From positions 32,001 to 96,000 of the forward strand of contig CBDHDG010000003.1 in NCBI GenBank assembly GCA_965261595.1: a stretch of 64,000 nucleotides of DNA. Direction: 5' to 3'. This stretch comes from a bacterium (GTDB lineage Bacteria; UBA8248; JACPRG01; G963555815). The translations under genes and the position numbers were made by a program. The notes beneath the pieces are model-generated. The model did not search any database, was not told where the DNA came from, and saw only the letters and a program-made list of their open reading frames with translations. Of the stretch, positions 39,832-49,915 are shown in pieces (the stretch's first letter is position 1; every line of letters begins with the position of its first letter).

Positions 39832-40577
39832 AGCTCCCTCTCCGGCCGTTGGTTGCCGTCTCCCCCCCCCCCTCATTTGCGCAGGCCGCGTCGCCCCGGA
39901 AGCGTTCGGCATTTCTCCCTTTTTTTTCTTCCCTTCAGTCGGTTTTGTCCGCACCCGGCCGCCCATCGGGGCCATCGGACGGCTTTCCAATGCGCCATCG
40001 GCGTCCCGCGCGGAAGATTTTTCTTTAAGTTTCGACCGCCCTCTACCGATGAATGAATACAGATAAAAGCGCACCCCCGCGAGAGGACCCGTGGGGAATA
40101 TTCACGTCCAGCCGGAGCATGGACCCGATGAGGGAGTCCTTTGGGAGTTGTGGGTTGGCGAAAGACGGAGGAAAACCCGAAAATGAATCAAGGCGAAGAT
40201 TTTCGAGAGAACGAAAACAATCGGAGGCGCAGGGTCCGACTTCCCGTCCACCTCCCTTGTCGGCTTGAAAACGAAGAATGTGAAATTCGGGACATTTCTT
40301 ATGCCGGACTTCGCTTCCAAAGTAAGACGCTTCTCGAGCCTGAAACGTCCAAAGCGCTCATCCTGCCGATCACCCGCCGAAACGGCGAGAAGAAGGACTT
40401 GGAGATCGAAGTCATCATCCGCTGGTGCAAGGAATCGCCGAACGGCGGATACGAAGTGGGCGCTGAGGTTTCCGCCATCTCACAAGAGGACGAAGCCGAG
40501 TTCATCGCTTTTCTTTTTCAAAAATCAGCAAGCGCCTTCGAGAACAAACAAGGAGAAATTATCGAGTGACCCGCCCC

Positions 40578-41447
40578 CTAAAGTTGTACCACTTTTTGAG
40601 TTAGTCTCTTCTCCCCGATGGCCGAAAGTGTAGGGATGCCCGGAGGCATTGGTTCGATGGCCTCCGGCGCCGGGGGCCGGTAGCCCAAGGCACTATGGGG
40701 CCTTACCCGGTTGTAGAGTTGTCGCCATCTCTCCACCAACACCTTGGCCTCTGTCAGGGTGTAGAAGATCTCCCCGTTGAGCAGCTCATCGCGCAGCTTG
40801 CCGATGAAGGACTCCACATAGCCGTTCTCCCAGGGACTGCCCCGCTCGATGTAAAGCGTTCTCACCCCAAGACGGGTGAGCCACCCTCTCACCGCATTCG
40901 CCGTGAACTCCGCCCCGTTGTCCGAGCGGATATAAGCCGGCAGGCCACGCCGGACGAACAACTCGGTGAGGCGGTCCAGGACGTCCTCGGAGTTGAGTCT
41001 TCTCTCTACATCAAGGGCCAAGCGCTCCCGGGTCAACTCATCCATCACAGCCAGCATCCGTAAAGGCCGCCCATCGTGCGTCCTCGCGGCCAGGAAGTCG
41101 TAGGACCACACATGATTCCGATAAGACGGACGCTTGCGAACACAAGAGCCGTCGTTCAGCCATAAACGCCCTCGCTTGGGCTGTCTCTTCGGCGCCTTCA
41201 GGCCTTCCTGGCGCCAGATCCGCTCCACCCCCTTGTGATTCACTCGCCAGCCTTCTCTTTCCAACAGAGCCGTTATCCTCCGGTAGCCGTACCGTCCGTA
41301 CTCGCTCGCCAGCTCTGTCACCCGCGCCACCAAACGGGCCTCATCGTCAGGGACCTGGGCAGAGCGCCGCTGAGTCGAGCGGGCCTGACCCAGCACCCGG
41401 CAGGCGCGACGTTCGGACACGCTCAGCTTCTCCCGCACATGCTCCAT
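40578..41447 (-). CDS. IS3-family OrfB
   Basis: YGYRRI, WSYDF, RSDNGAEF, PWENGYVESF, YNRVRPHSALGY. Confidence 0.93.
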   Translation of the reverse strand: MEHVREKLSVSERRACRVLGQARSTQRRSAQVPDDEARLVARVTELASEYGRYGYRRITALLEREGWRVNHKGVERIWRQEGLKAPKRQPKRGRLWLNDGSCVRKRPSYRNHVWSYDFLAARTHDGRPLRMLAVMDELTRERLALDVERRLNSEDVLDRLTELFVRRGLPAYIRSDNGAEFTANAVRGWLTRLGVRTLYIERGSPWENGYVESFIGKLRDELLNGEIFYTLTEAKVLVERWRQLYNRVRPHSALGYRPPAPEAIEPMPPGIPTLSAIGEKRLTQKVVQL

Positions 41448-41470
41448 CGCCCGCCGCCGCGCAGGCGGGC

Positions 41471-41749
41471 TCAGAAGTTTCCCTGGGAGGCCTCCTTCAA
41501 GATGGCGTTATCCAGGGCCTGCTCGGCCACCAGCTTCTTTAGCCGGGCGTTTTCCTGCTCCAGTGTCTTCAGTCGTTTCGCCTGGTCCAGGCGCAGGCCT
41601 CCGTACTCCCGCCGCCACCGGTAATAGGTCTGCTCGGAGATCCCCAGCGTCTTGCAGACCTGAGCCATCCTCTGCCCATTGGCCAACTCCACCTCGGCCT
41701 GACGAAGCTTGTGGATGATCTGCTCCGCGGTGAATCGCTTCCGACTCAT
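41471..41749 (-). CDS. IS3-family OrfA
   Basis: MSRKRFTAEQII...SEQTYYRWRREYGG...LEQENARLKK. Confidence 0.92.
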   Translation of the reverse strand: MSRKRFTAEQIIHKLRQAEVELANGQRMAQVCKTLGISEQTYYRWRREYGGLRLDQAKRLKTLEQENARLKKLVAEQALDNAILKEASQGNF

Positions 41750-42987
41750 CACTGCCCCCTTTCTAGGCCAATCCAGTCCCGAAAGCCGTGCGAAAATCCT
41801 AACTCTCAAACCGGACCGGTTTCAGGGGGCAGGTCACGAGATCGAAGACTACCGATCGCTGGTGGAAATGGCCGCGGACCCGATTTTGGTGTTGTACGGG
41901 GGAGAGATCAATTTCGCAAACCAAGCGGCCACGGAAATGTTTGGCTACACCTCGGAAGAGCTGAAGGGGTTCAAATTCGACAGCCTCATCCTGTCGGAGC
42001 CGGACGCAACCGTCCCCTCTCCCCATTCACCGTCGCCTTCGGGAGATTCATCCGATCCCAATTACTACATCCTTCGGAATTCCACGGGGAAATCCGTTCA
42101 TGTTGAGATCCGCTCCAGACCCATCCTCTACCGGCACCGGGTCGCCACCCTGAGCATCCTTCGTGATCTGACCGAGCGTAAACAGATCGAACAAAAGCTT
42201 CTTCAGGTCGAGCGGCTGAAGGTTCTCGGCGAGCTTGCCGCCGGTATCGCCCACGATGTGAACAACTCTTTGTTGCTCATTCTGGGATCGGTTGAACATA
42301 TCGAGGGTGAGACGGATATCAATGTTATCGCCGAGGCCCTTCGGACGATTAAGACCGCGACCCTGGACGGCGCCGCGACGATCCAACGGATTCAGGACCT
42401 TGGCCGGCTGAAGGATGAGGCCGATTTCGTCCTTCTCGATCTCAACGAGATCGTTTCGGACGCTAAAAACATCACACGCCCAAAATGGGAAGAAGAGCCC
42501 AAAGGCCGTGTTTTGTCGATCGAGGTCTCAAAGAACCTTGCCGAAGAAGCGGTGATTCAGGGAAATGCCTCGGACCTGCGTCAGGCCTTGGTCAACCTGA
42601 TCATCAACGCCGTCGACGCCATGCCCCAAGGCGGTGAAATTGAGCTTCGGACGGAAGTGAAGGGGGAGACTGTGTCCCTCTTCGTCCAGGATAGCGGGAT
42701 GGGCGTCCCCCCCGAGATCAAAGAGAAGATATTCGATCCCTTTTTCTCCACGAAGGGCGAGCGGGGCTCCGGACTCGGCCTCAGCACGGTTTTTGGGATC
42801 ATGACGAAGCACAGGGGCTCAGTGACGCTGGAATCGGACGAAGGGCGGGGGACGGTCGTTCATTTGGAATTTCCCCTTGCCCGCGAAGCCAAACCGCCGA
42901 AGTTGAAAGATCAGTCATTGAAACAAATTGCCGGCTCGCCGGAATGACGGCGGCGTTCACCCCGCAAACCCGAAATCGCGCATTTCA

Positions 42988-44442
42988 TCAATCCGCCAGG
43001 CCTTTCGGCAGGTTCACCTCTCCCAGCGGCGGAAGCTCGTATTTGTCCCAATCCTCACGGATTTTTTCGAGGAAGCGGCGGGGCGGGAGGGAGACGTCCG
43101 GGTAGTTCCATTTTTTCGTCGCGTCGATGAGCGCCTTGGCCCCCGTGGGGGGGCTGTCGCCTCTGCCCGGCTCGTCGGATGAAGGGTCCAGCTCCAGCGC
43201 GCCCATGTTCTCCAGGATCCGGATGTCCTTGTCAGGGCGCACCCGGTAGTTCATCACCCATTCGCGCATGAACGGGTCGCGGATGTCGATGTCGTCATCC
43301 ACCACGACAATCCATTTGAAATAGCTCATCCCGCAGAACGCGAGGGCGCCCATCATCAACTGCTCCACCTGACCCCGGTAGACCTTCCGAATGCTCATCC
43401 ACAGGGCGGCCGCGCCGCCCCCCGACTCCGGCATGTGCAAATCGGCCAATCCCGCGATATTCAACGTGGCGCTCAAGTGCCGGTGAACGCCGGTCTCCAG
43501 AAAGTGGCGCTTCAGCACGGTGCTTTCATTCGGGGGAAACTGGCTGATGAGGCCGACGAGGATGGGGTCGCGGCGGTGGGTGATGCATCGGACGTGAAAC
43601 ACGGGGCACTCCCGGTCTCCCGCCATGTATCCGGTGAACTCCCCGAAGGGTCCCTCGGGCTCGACCCTGTCCGTGGTGATCTCTCCCTCGGCGACGAACT
43701 CGGCGCTTGCGGGAACTTCCAGGTCCACGGTCTTGCACTTCACCAGCCGGATGGGCTCGCCCCGGATTCCGCCGGCCACGTTCAGCTCGTCCATTCCGAA
43801 CCGGCCCGGCCCGACCAGGGTGATGACGGGATCCACGCCGCTGAACAGCGCCGCCGGCATGGGCTCGCCCCGCGCCTTCCATTTGGCCCATTGCACGGCG
43901 CCGTACCGATCCGGGGCGGAGAACTGAATTCCCGTGGTTCTCGGCTCCTTGACCTGACAGCGGCGGATGCCGATATCCCGGACCCCGGTCTCCGGGTCTT
44001 TGGTGACCCACAGGGGGGTCAGATAAGGGCCGCCGTCCTTTTCGGGGGTCCAGATGGGGGCGGGAAACCGCGTCAGGTCCGCATCGTCTCCATGAAGAAT
44101 CACCTCTTGACAAGGACCGGAATCCGCCATCACGGGCGGGATGGGGTTTTGAATCCCCCGGTTGACCCGCTCGAATATCGCGCCCGGCTCCGGCGCCGTC
44201 TCAACGGCCACGCCGATCTGCCTGGAAGAAATGGCGGTGACGCCCGTGACCATCCGTCCCCCCGGACGGTCTTTGATATTCCGAAAGCCCAGACCGAAAC
44301 GGGCCTCTTCCCGGTACCCTCTGAAAATCATCCGGGAGAGCGACGAAATCTCCCATGCCGGGTCCACCTCGTTTTCCACCCAGTGGAAGAGTCCCTCCCG
44401 TTCGAGGGCTTCGAGGTAAGTTCTCAGGTCTTCATAAGCCAA
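42988..44442 (-). CDS. UbiD-family (prFMN-dependent) decarboxylase
   Basis: YEDLRTYLEALE, DGGPY, EFVAEG, PEGPFGEFTGY, VVVDDDIDI, LDPS, IDAT. Confidence 0.93.
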   Translation of the reverse strand: MAYEDLRTYLEALEREGLFHWVENEVDPAWEISSLSRMIFRGYREEARFGLGFRNIKDRPGGRMVTGVTAISSRQIGVAVETAPEPGAIFERVNRGIQNPIPPVMADSGPCQEVILHGDDADLTRFPAPIWTPEKDGGPYLTPLWVTKDPETGVRDIGIRRCQVKEPRTTGIQFSAPDRYGAVQWAKWKARGEPMPAALFSGVDPVITLVGPGRFGMDELNVAGGIRGEPIRLVKCKTVDLEVPASAEFVAEGEITTDRVEPEGPFGEFTGYMAGDRECPVFHVRCITHRRDPILVGLISQFPPNESTVLKRHFLETGVHRHLSATLNIAGLADLHMPESGGGAAALWMSIRKVYRGQVEQLMMGALAFCGMSYFKWIVVVDDDIDIRDPFMREWVMNYRVRPDKDIRILENMGALELDPSSDEPGRGDSPPTGAKALIDATKKWNYPDVSLPPRRFLEKIREDWDKYELPPLGEVNLPKGLAD

Positions 44443-44532
44443 TGCGGGTTCTCCCAGGGAGGTGAAATCAATGTCCGGCGGTCTCTTCTCCGGGCTGAAA
44501 CGCCCGCCCTTCCACTTGGAATGGAAACCCGG

Positions 44533-46839
44533 TCATCCGCCCTTTTTCCGGATGGCTTCGAGGATGTCCTCGGGGCGGATCGGCAGGTTCCGGACCCTCA
44601 CGCCGATGGCGTCCGAGACGGCGTTGGCGATGGCGGGGGCGGTGGGCAGGGCCGCGGACTCCGCAACGCTCTTCACCCCCATGCCCGCCGGGTCGATGTT
44701 GTCCGCAAATTCCACGCGCGTACGCGCGGGCGCATCGAGGGGTGTCGGGATTTTGTAGTCCGCCATCTGTCCGTTCACGGGAGCGCCCGAGTCCCGGTCG
44801 ATGACGAGGTGTTCCGTCAGCGCGAAACCGATCCCCTGGACGAACGCGCCCGTCACCTGTCCCTCGGCCCCGAGCGGGTTCACGATCCTCCCCGCGTCGT
44901 GAACATCGGCCATGTCGAGGATCTCCACCGCACCGGTCTCCATGTCCACGGCGACCTTGACGCACTGGGCGCCGAACGGGGGAGGGTTGCCGGGAGGCGT
45001 CGAGCTGGCGGTCCCCATAATGGTTTTCATCTCTTCATAGTGGGCGTGCGCCGCCGCTTCCCGCACCCGAAGCCGCTTGTCCGTGGATTTCGAAACAATG
45101 GATCCCTCGACAATGTCCAGGTCTTGCGGATCCTCTTCGAGCATCCTCCCCGCGGTTTCCAAGAGTAGAAGTTTGGCCTCCAGGGCGGCTTTTTGAACGG
45201 CGTGGCCGGAAACAAATGTAATGCGGCTTGCATGGGTGGCCACGTCGAAAGGGGCCGTATCCGTGTCCGTCGCGGCGACAATCACATCTTCGATGGGGAG
45301 GCCCATGGCGTCCGCGACAATTTGGGCCAGGACCATGCTCTGTCCCCCCCCCTGTTCGATGGAGGCGGTGAGCAGGATCACCGTTCCGTCTTCATTGACT
45401 TTGACGATGGCGCCCGAGTACTCGAGGATCTTCTCCGGCCGGTCGTCCGAGCCGTGCACGCCGGTGTTCCGCATGTTCGCAAACGCCAAACCCAGCCCGA
45501 TCCTGACCGAGGAATCCGGGCTTTGGCGGGCGTCGGATCGGTCCCAGCCGATCCTCTTCCGGGCCCGCCGGGCGCAATCAGGCAGGGCGCAGGATTCCAC
45601 CTTGAAGCCCGAGAGGGGGGAGACGTCCCCGACGCGGTAGGCATTGCGCAGGCGAAACTCGAAGTCATCCAGCCCGAGCTCGGCCGCGATTCGGCTCATC
45701 TGGCACTCGATGGCGAAGTTGGTTTGAACACCGCCATAGCCCCGCATCGCGCCGGAGGGAAAGATGTTGGTGTAGACCGCGTGTCCTTCAAAGAGGTAAT
45801 GGGGGGTGTTGTAAGCGCCGATGAAGGTCATTCCGCCCACCAGCACCACGGAGGGGCCGTGATTGGCCGCGGAGCCGCACTCCATCCAGGCCTTCATGTG
45901 CCGGGCCGTGAGCGTCCCATCGGCCCGGACGCCGGTTTTGACCCGGATGCGGGAGGGATGCCGCGCGCTGGCGATGAATTCCTCCTCCCGGGTGTATTCC
46001 ACCCGGACCGCCCGGTTGGCGCGCAAGGCCAGAAGGGCGCAAATCACCTCATTGACCGCAAGGTCCAGCCCTTTTCCGAACGCGCCCCCCAGGTTCGGCC
46101 GGATGACCCGAATCTTGCCCGCGTCCATCCCCAGCGCCTCGGACAGACAAGCCCGAAGACCGAAGATGGATTGCGTGGTCGAGAGGATGGCGAGACGCCC
46201 GCCGGATTCGGGCCAGGCGATTGCCAGATGGGTCTCCAGGGCGGTCTGGTTGATCCGCTGCGTGGTGTATTCGTCCTCGAAGACGTGGTCCGCGCCCGCA
46301 AATCCTTCTTCGAGGGTTCCCCGGCGAAGCGTGATCGGCTCGTTGGCGTCGCGCCAGCCGAAGGCGATGTTCCCTTCGCCGCCGGGGCGGACGATCGGGG
46401 CGCCGGCCTCGAGGGCCTTGTCCATCTCGAACACGGCGGGGAGCTCTTCATACTCCACTTCGATGAGCGCCATCGCTTCTTCGGCCCGGTCCCGGTGGGT
46501 CGCGGCCACCGCCGCGATGGGCTGCCCCAGGTAGCGAATTTCCTCCTCAAAGACGACCTCGTCCTTGACGAGCAGGTCCGTGATGGGATTCGACTGGTTG
46601 TAGATCGGGTTGTAGCGCCGCCCCGGGCTGTCTCCGATTCCGATGACGGCATGGACCCCGGGCGCCTTTCGCGCTGTTTCCAGATCGAGCCGCTTGACGC
46701 GCCCGCGGGGGACCGAGCTCCGGAAAAGGCGGGCCGCCAGGCAATCGGCCGGGAAGTGATCGCTGACGTACCGGAAAGCGCCCGTGGCCTTCTCCATACC
46801 GTCCGGACGGGGAATCGATTGTCCAATGACCGGGTTCAT
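44533..46839 (-). CDS. Xanthine dehydrogenase-family molybdopterin-binding large subunit
   Basis: IPRPDGMEKATG, LGGAFGK, GAMRGYG, EQGGG, HASR, GQVTGAFVQGIG, GVKSVAE. Confidence 0.93.
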   Translation of the reverse strand: MNPVIGQSIPRPDGMEKATGAFRYVSDHFPADCLAARLFRSSVPRGRVKRLDLETARKAPGVHAVIGIGDSPGRRYNPIYNQSNPITDLLVKDEVVFEEEIRYLGQPIAAVAATHRDRAEEAMALIEVEYEELPAVFEMDKALEAGAPIVRPGGEGNIAFGWRDANEPITLRRGTLEEGFAGADHVFEDEYTTQRINQTALETHLAIAWPESGGRLAILSTTQSIFGLRACLSEALGMDAGKIRVIRPNLGGAFGKGLDLAVNEVICALLALRANRAVRVEYTREEEFIASARHPSRIRVKTGVRADGTLTARHMKAWMECGSAANHGPSVVLVGGMTFIGAYNTPHYLFEGHAVYTNIFPSGAMRGYGGVQTNFAIECQMSRIAAELGLDDFEFRLRNAYRVGDVSPLSGFKVESCALPDCARRARKRIGWDRSDARQSPDSSVRIGLGLAFANMRNTGVHGSDDRPEKILEYSGAIVKVNEDGTVILLTASIEQGGGQSMVLAQIVADAMGLPIEDVIVAATDTDTAPFDVATHASRITFVSGHAVQKAALEAKLLLLETAGRMLEEDPQDLDIVEGSIVSKSTDKRLRVREAAAHAHYEEMKTIMGTASSTPPGNPPPFGAQCVKVAVDMETGAVEILDMADVHDAGRIVNPLGAEGQVTGAFVQGIGFALTEHLVIDRDSGAPVNGQMADYKIPTPLDAPARTRVEFADNIDPAGMGVKSVAESAALPTAPAIANAVSDAIGVRVRNLPIRPEDILEAIRKKGG

Positions 46840-47229
46840 TCATCGCCTTTCAGACCGCGGGTGTTTCCAACCGGCGCCGGGGGTCGCGCCGTCGAAAATT
46901 GCGATCCGGGCCGAGACCGTCCCAAAATCAGCCATCCTAGAGCATGTCCCGAGAAGAGGGCAACTCATACCCGTTTCAGTCTGTTCAGCTCCGGCGCCGC
47001 TTGATGATATTCCGGCTTCCCATCACGGCGGGTCATCTGATGGAGGCGGCGGCCGGATTGGAAACCCCGCCCGATGAACTTTTCTATTATTCTTGACACA
47101 TGCCGGAACCTCAAATTATCATTCTTTTCTGTCGATTTCTCCAAGGTTTCGTCGAATCCTGCGGGTCGGGTCTTTGTCGCGGCGGCCTCGCGGACGGGCT
47201 CGATTTTTCCTCCACGAAGAGAAAGCGCT

Positions 47230-48705
47230 TTGTCCGACACGCTTTTGATCCAAAACTGCGGAATCCTGGATCCCTCCCTCAGCGGCCGAATCCTGGAAGG
47301 CCGGGACATTCTCGTTTCGGGCGCCCGGATCTCTTCCGTCCGGGAAACGGGAGATCTGAGGGGCGACGTTGTCATCTCCGGCCGGGATCGGCTGGTCATT
47401 CCGGGTTTGATCAACGCCCATACACATTCCGCCGAGAACTACCTGAAAGGATTGACCGACCGCCAACCCCTGGAGATGTGGCTCCCGTATGTCTATGGGA
47501 CCGCCGGGATCTATTCTCCGAGGGATGTCTACCTGTCCTGCATGATCGGCGCGATCGAGATGCTGAAAACCGGAAGCACGAGCGTCATCGATCATTGCTG
47601 GATGTCGCCGGGCGTGACGCCGGACAGGCTGGACGCCGCCATGGAGGCATACCGGGACGCGGGCATCCGGACGTGTTTCGCCCCGCTTGTCGCCGATACG
47701 GATTTCGTCGATCAGTTCGCCGCCGAAAGGGGGCATGAGGTCGGGGACGCCTTTTTCGCCAGGCGGTTCGACAAGGCCCCGCCTTGGGACGAAACGCTCG
47801 GTCACCTCAAAGACTTCTTCGACAAATGGGACGGCTCGGAAGGGGGCCGCCTGCGGTGCATGACGGGTCCGGCGGGGGTCCAATGGTGCAGCGAACGGCT
47901 CCTGGAAGATTGTTGGGCCCTGTCGCGCTCACGTCAGGCGGGGGTTCATCTCCACATCAATGAGACGTTCATTCAAGACTGGGCGAACCGGAAGCGATTC
48001 GGAAAAAGCGTGATCGCCTTCCTGGATGACGCCGGTCTGTTGGGGCCGGACGTATCCATGCCTCACAGCCTATGGGTGGATGACGCGGACCTCGATCGGA
48101 TCGCGTCCGCCGGCGCGGTCCCCGTCCATAACCCCGCCGCGAACACCAAGATGGGCAGCGGTCTCATGCCGCTCAGAAAGATGCTCGACCGGGGAATTCC
48201 CGTGGCCGTTGGAACGGACGGGGCGGCCAGCAACGACCATCAAGCGCTTTTCGAGGCCGTGCGGATGGCAGCGTACATCCATAACCCCACGGAGCCGGAT
48301 CATCGAAGGCACATCGACGCCCGCGAGGCGATCTCCATGGCCACGACCTCCGGGGCGGGGGCCATGATGGCTTCGGGCGAGCTGGGACGGATTCAGCCCG
48401 GCGCCCTCGCGGACATCGCGCTCCTGGACCGGCGGTCGCTTTCGTGGGTCCCGGTGAACGACCCGATCCGGAACTTGGTTTATTGCGAGAGGGGCCAATC
48501 CGTCCGCACAGTGATTGTGGCGGGGCGGGTCGTGGTGGATGAGGCCAAGGTCTTGACGGTTTCCGAAGAGGACGTGGTCGGGGAAGTCCTCGAAGCCATG
48601 GCGTCACGGGGTGAGCCGGAATGGCCCACCCCCTCGGAACGCGACCGGACGGTGGCCCTCTACGAGCGTTTTTGTGATGACTTGGCGCCGGAACGGCCGC
48701 AGTAA
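47230..48705 (+). CDS. Amidohydrolase family (ATZ/TRZ/MtaD-like)
   Basis: PGLINAHTH, HLHINE, HNPAAN, VGTDG, ADI. Confidence 0.9.
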   Translation: MSDTLLIQNCGILDPSLSGRILEGRDILVSGARISSVRETGDLRGDVVISGRDRLVIPGLINAHTHSAENYLKGLTDRQPLEMWLPYVYGTAGIYSPRDVYLSCMIGAIEMLKTGSTSVIDHCWMSPGVTPDRLDAAMEAYRDAGIRTCFAPLVADTDFVDQFAAERGHEVGDAFFARRFDKAPPWDETLGHLKDFFDKWDGSEGGRLRCMTGPAGVQWCSERLLEDCWALSRSRQAGVHLHINETFIQDWANRKRFGKSVIAFLDDAGLLGPDVSMPHSLWVDDADLDRIASAGAVPVHNPAANTKMGSGLMPLRKMLDRGIPVAVGTDGAASNDHQALFEAVRMAAYIHNPTEPDHRRHIDAREAISMATTSGAGAMMASGELGRIQPGALADIALLDRRSLSWVPVNDPIRNLVYCERGQSVRTVIVAGRVVVDEAKVLTVSEEDVVGEVLEAMASRGEPEWPTPSERDRTVALYERFCDDLAPERPQ

Positions 48706-48847
48706 GGCCTATCCCTTGAGGTGTCTTTGTGCGAAACTCAATGCGCTCACCGTTTGTGAACCGTGGAAGGATGTCAGTGGGAGGCGGGCCGGACGCTCGC
48801 CTTTGTGAACATACATGGGCCGAGTGGCCTCGAAAGGGGGGAAGAAA

Positions 48848-49840
48848 ATGAAGCGATTTCTTGTCGGATTATCGGCCGCCGTATTCCTGGCTGCGATGTT
48901 CCTGTCGGGAGGCCGGGCATGGGCGCAAAAGAGGGTCGCTTGGGTCCTTCCCGGCACCATCAATGACGAGGGCTTCAACCAGAGCGGCTACGATGCATTG
49001 ATGCGCCTCAAGAAGATGGGCATCAAGGTCGCCTTTTCGGAAAACACGCCGCCTCCGAAGTTCGTCTCGACGTTGAGGAACTATGCCGCCCAGGGGTACG
49101 ACGTGGTCGTCGGACAGGGTTTTGAGTTCGGCGATCCCATCATGAAGGTCGCGCCCAAGTATCCCAAGACCAAGTTCATCAACATCGTGGGGATCGTGAA
49201 CCGGGACGCAAAGCAGAAGAACGTCCGGGTCCTCCAGATCGGAAGCAACCAGAGCGGTTACGTGGTTGGCGCCCTGGCCGGGTTGATGACGAAGACGAAC
49301 CGCCTCGGAGTCATCGGCGGTTTCCCGTTTCCATCCATCGTTTCACAGCTTGAGGCGTTCCGTCTCGGCGCCAAGGCCGTCAACCCCAAAGTCAAGACCA
49401 ATATCGTTTACATCAGCTCCTTCGAGGACCTGAGCAAGGCGAAGGAAGCCGCCATGGCGCAGATGAGCGCGGGCGCCGATATCCTCTACCACGTCGCGGA
49501 CCACGCCGGTCTCGCCATCGTCCGCGCGGCCCAGGAAAAGGGCGTGATGTCGATCGGCAACGGGCTCGATCAGTACAAGGTCGCTCCCAAATCGATCATC
49601 GTGACCCAGCTCGTCGATTACGGCGGAACCGCCTTGGACACCATCACGGAATACTTCAAGACCGGCGCGTTCACGCCGGGCTTGCACGTGTATCCGATGA
49701 AGGTCGGCGGAGTCACGGACCTCTCCGCGTTTCACAACAACGTCCCCAAGTCCGTGCAAGACAGGGTTCTCAAGATTCGGCAGGATATCATCCAAGGAAA
49801 GATCAAGGTTCCGTTCATCCCGAAACCGCGGAAGAACTAG
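48848..49840 (+). CDS. BMP-family ABC transporter substrate-binding protein
   Basis: Signal peptide, INDEGFNQSGY, GYVVGALAG, GAKAVNP, GADIL. Confidence 0.9.
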   Translation: MKRFLVGLSAAVFLAAMFLSGGRAWAQKRVAWVLPGTINDEGFNQSGYDALMRLKKMGIKVAFSENTPPPKFVSTLRNYAAQGYDVVVGQGFEFGDPIMKVAPKYPKTKFINIVGIVNRDAKQKNVRVLQIGSNQSGYVVGALAGLMTKTNRLGVIGGFPFPSIVSQLEAFRLGAKAVNPKVKTNIVYISSFEDLSKAKEAAMAQMSAGADILYHVADHAGLAIVRAAQEKGVMSIGNGLDQYKVAPKSIIVTQLVDYGGTALDTITEYFKTGAFTPGLHVYPMKVGGVTDLSAFHNNVPKSVQDRVLKIRQDIIQGKIKVPFIPKPRKN

Positions 49841-49915
49841 CCGAAAGTAGTCGTCTCCTCCAATCGGGGGGAAAGCCGGCGTCGCCCGGCTTTCCCCCGT
49901 TGGCGGCAGCCCGAA

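Larger units (their letters stand above)
40567..41836 (-). mobile_element. IS3-family (IS407-group) element with 4-bp target duplication CGAG
   Basis: Ends TGACCCGCCCCCT / AGGGGGCAGGTCA. CGAG at 40563-40566 and 41837-41840. GGGAAAC slippery site at the end of orfA. Confidence 0.95.
40183..42947 (+). pseudogene. PilZ-PAS-HisKA-HATPase sensor kinase interrupted by IS3
   Basis: PilZ motifs RRRRVR and DISYAG. PAS (FANQAATEMFGY), H-box IAHDVNN, NAVDAM, DSGMG, FFSTK, GSGLGL. In frame once the IS and one CGAG are removed. Confidence 0.88.
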
